Source of the DNA: a virus
DNA length: 64,000 bases
Virus record (IMG/VR): IMGVR_UViG_3300027706_000002
Span: 2,372 to 66,371 of that record
Reading direction: 5' to 3' (one strand)
In this document: positions 62,005-64,000 of the stretch, one piece after another
Numbering within the stretch: the stretch's first letter is position 1
How the letters are laid out: each line of letters begins with the position of its first letter
Made by a program: the position numbers and the translations under genes
The notes under the pieces: model-generated
What the model was told of the DNA's origin: nothing
The model's input: only the letters and a program-made list of their open reading frames with translations
Database searches by the model: none

Positions 62005-62631
62005 CTAAGACTGTCCTAGCTGCTTAAAAGCGTTCGCTAGCTGCACCACACAACGTTGCACCGCGAAACCTTGTTGGGCGAAATTACTGCGTAGGATCGA
62101 TGCAGGATGGACAATCGCTAGTTGGGGAACCTTACCTCCATAGTAAATACCTCGTTTCCAGGTAGGGTCCAGCCAATCCTTCGCCACGCTTCCCACGCAA
62201 ACTAACAACTTCGGTTTCGCCACTTCTTCAACGAATTCCAAGAGACGCACTGAACAAGCCCTTATTGCTTCGTCGGGAGGAGCTTCCGTCTTTTCCCCGT
62301 ACTCGTCCAGGGGGATACAACAGACGACGTTGGTAAAAGCGCAGGAGAGAACAGGGGGGCGTCCCTGCCCCGTTGCGCCAGGTTCCTTCCCAGCGGTCTC
62401 CGCGTAACCTACCATTTCCAAGGCTCTACGAACGATCTCTTGTAGAAGACGACCGGCCGGACCGATGAAAGGTTTTCCCAAAGCATCCTCACTTCGTCCC
62501 GGGGCCTCCCCGATAAAGAGTACGTCGCAGGGTAATTCGCCCCGGGCGAGAACGATACGGTCTCTTGTCGCATAGAGAGGACAAGCGGTACAGTTTTTCC
62601 AACGCCTCTGGAACTCTTCCCAGCGAGTCAC
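62005..62631 (-). CDS. uracil-DNA glycosylase family 4
   Basis: C..CPL, FIGEAPG..ED..G.PF.GPAG, TNVV.C.P, HPA.ILR; GTG start after AAGGAG. Confidence 0.9.
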   Translation of the reverse strand: MTRWEEFQRRWKNCTACPLYATRDRIVLARGELPCDVLFIGEAPGRSEDALGKPFIGPAGRLLQEIVRRALEMVGYAETAGKEPGATGQGRPPVLSCAFTNVVCCIPLDEYGEKTEAPPDEAIRACSVRLLEFVEEVAKPKLLVCVGSVAKDWLDPTWKRGIYYGGKVPQLAIVHPASILRSNFAQQGFAVQRCVVQLANAFKQLGQS

Positions 62632-62858
62632 GGAGACTCTCCTTGTAGAGAGGGAGGGGAGGGTGTAAGCGAGGAAACAACCACCGATCCTTCGGCACTT
62701 CGAGCCGGGGTGTCGCTGCGGATAATCCTTCCGGAGGTTCCTTGTGGGATTCTCTCGACGAAGGTCCCACAACGGGGACACCAGTAGGCACTGCGATTTT
62801 GGTGAAGAAGCCAACCACGGTGCTGCATCCTCTGTTGACAGGACGGACAAGATACCAT
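62628..62858 (-). CDS. small zinc-ribbon protein
   Basis: CPSC...WCPRCG; AAGGAG RBS. Confidence 0.6.
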   Translation of the reverse strand: MVSCPSCQQRMQHRGWLLHQNRSAYWCPRCGTFVERIPQGTSGRIIRSDTPARSAEGSVVVSSLTPSPPSLQGESP

Positions 62859-62859
62859 T

Positions 62860-63438
62860 CTAAGCTCCTTTACTAGGGGTTTTCCGATCGGGCGGAAGAT
62901 TCCTGGGAGGAAGGGGAAGAAGGGCATCCTGCCGCCGTGTATACTCTGCCAAAAGGAGAGCATCGGCCGTCGCTAACGTGACCTCGACTCCCGGAAACAA
63001 CTGTTGAGCTTTGGACTTGAGACGGTTCTTGAAGGAGGTTTTCTTCTCGTTGGGTTTACGGTGCAGTCCGAAAGCCTTTTGCCATCGTTGGGGAGGGATT
63101 TCCTCGAAGGGTATCTCCGCCGCGATAAGGGCCATGCGTAGACGGCCGTAGCCAACTCCAAAATTGAACATGGCGGAGGAACCCGCTTTGAACCCCGGTC
63201 CGCCGATATAACCACCGACCTTTTCGATGCAAGCGGCTACCTCGAGGAGTTCCCCCGGTGCGCGTCCGCAGGTTCCCCATCCGCAAACGAGTTTCCAGAG
63301 ATCTCGCTCGGTCTCCGGCATCTTATAGGTATGCACGGCGGGGAGGAGAGGAAAGGGGTCGTCGCGAGGTAGAGTGATCGAGGCGAGACCCCCACTAGCT
63401 CCCGGATCAATACCAAGATAGATCTTCGCCCCCTTCAT
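62860..63438 (-). CDS. RuvC-like Holliday junction resolvase
   Basis: LGIDPG.SGG, IEKV, F.FG..YG, P..WQ, ADALL motifs. Confidence 0.85.
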   Translation of the reverse strand: MKGAKIYLGIDPGASGGLASITLPRDDPFPLLPAVHTYKMPETERDLWKLVCGWGTCGRAPGELLEVAACIEKVGGYIGGPGFKAGSSAMFNFGVGYGRLRMALIAAEIPFEEIPPQRWQKAFGLHRKPNEKKTSFKNRLKSKAQQLFPGVEVTLATADALLLAEYTRRQDALLPLPPRNLPPDRKTPSKGA

Positions 63439-63671
63439 CGGGTTCTCCGATTCGAGCTACGTTGTCGGTAATTAGCTACACGAATGAGTCCGGTTTCGTC
63501 GATCGAAATACTGACCGAGAGTCGGCGCATCTTGGCGTTGTTACGGATCTGTTGGGCCATCGTATGCGGCATACCGTTGTAATCGCGGCCTGGTAATAGG
63601 GTAAAGGTTTCCTTCCGGAACCAGGCGTTCCACGGATAACGTCTACCGAAACGTCCCGGATGGGTTTGCAT
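63435..63671 (-). CDS. small basic hypothetical protein
   Basis: GAGGAGG RBS; RRYPW motif; first gene of the leftward unit. Confidence 0.65.
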   Translation of the reverse strand: MQTHPGRFGRRYPWNAWFRKETFTLLPGRDYNGMPHTMAQQIRNNAKMRRLSVSISIDETGLIRVANYRQRSSNRRTR

Positions 63672-63840
63672 CGTTTTTCCTCCTCGCTCGCTAATCGAAG
63701 CAATATAAACGAAACTTTATATAAGAGTAACGGAGAATGCCTGCAAAGGATAGCCTTTCGAAAATTTTTCCGTTTTCCCCTTTACCGCCCCTCCCCTCCT
63801 CCTTATAGTAGTAGGTCTAACCTTTCCTAGGCTAAGCACG

Positions 63841-63890
63841 ACTACTCTACTACTACTACTACTACTACTACAGAGAAGAAGAAGAAGAAG
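63841..63890. repeat. (CTA)n followed by (GAA)n simple repeats
   Basis: About 8 CTA units then about 5 GAA units in a divergent intergenic region. Confidence 0.8.
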
Positions 63891-63971
63891 CGATACAACG
63901 CAGCCCGGACTACGGAGTTAGGGAAAACGCGGTATCGCGGATACGATGGGTTCCGAGCGGGAAGATTTTTC

Positions 63972-63999
63972 TTGCTTCGGCGGAGCTACTCTATATAAT
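63972..63999 (+). promoter_or_regulatory. sigma70-type promoter pointing out of the window
   Basis: TTGCTT-16 nt-TATAAT preceded by a T-tract; same 16-nt spacing as the 49075 promoter. Confidence 0.55.
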
Positions 64000-64000
64000 A

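Noticed and set aside
62005-62631. UdgX-type crosslinking glycosylase
   Set aside because: Lacks the KRRIH loop; ordinary family-4 UDG, common in phages.
1-64000. Alternative genetic code, prompted by the ribozyme and frequent TAG
   Set aside because: Genes tile densely with intact motifs under the standard code; TAG, TGA and TAA all end genes; no suppressor tRNA seen.
1-64000. Integrase, att sites, transposons or a diversity-generating retroelement
   Set aside because: No recombinase, transposase or reverse transcriptase motifs recognised in the window.

Overview
This window is most of a tailed dsDNA phage genome with a siphovirus-type gene set. The host is probably Planctomycetota (TIGR02996-domain gene, CsrA, planctomycete-style secreted proteins). 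Almost all genes lie on the minus strand. From right to left: recombination/replication genes (RuvC-like, family-4 UDG, PD-(D/E)XK nuclease, CsrA, AAA ATPase, SSB-like, PolA); a thymidine-hypermodification cluster (5-hmdU DNA kinase, FkbM methyltransferase, P-loop kinase, amino acid:DNA transferase, HAD, dUMP hydroxymethylase, MazG); primase-helicase; packaging genes with a split large terminase; portal, multi-domain MuF protein, two sigma factors, an expanded DUF2213 protease, capsid; an atypical putative lysis block; neck/fibre/tail genes; and a terminal glycan-biosynthesis cluster. The strongest unannotated signal is a complete HDV-like self-cleaving ribozyme fold (49461-49533) between a promoter and the RBS of a wHTH gene, inside a small plus-strand cassette that interrupts the DNA-modification operon. 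Other leads are apparent Asn-delimited polyprotein cargo in head proteins, a shared GTG[T/S] motif in virion proteins alongside the glycosyltransferase cluster, and several strand-specific structured intergenic RNAs. All protein family calls come from visual motif recognition, not database searches.
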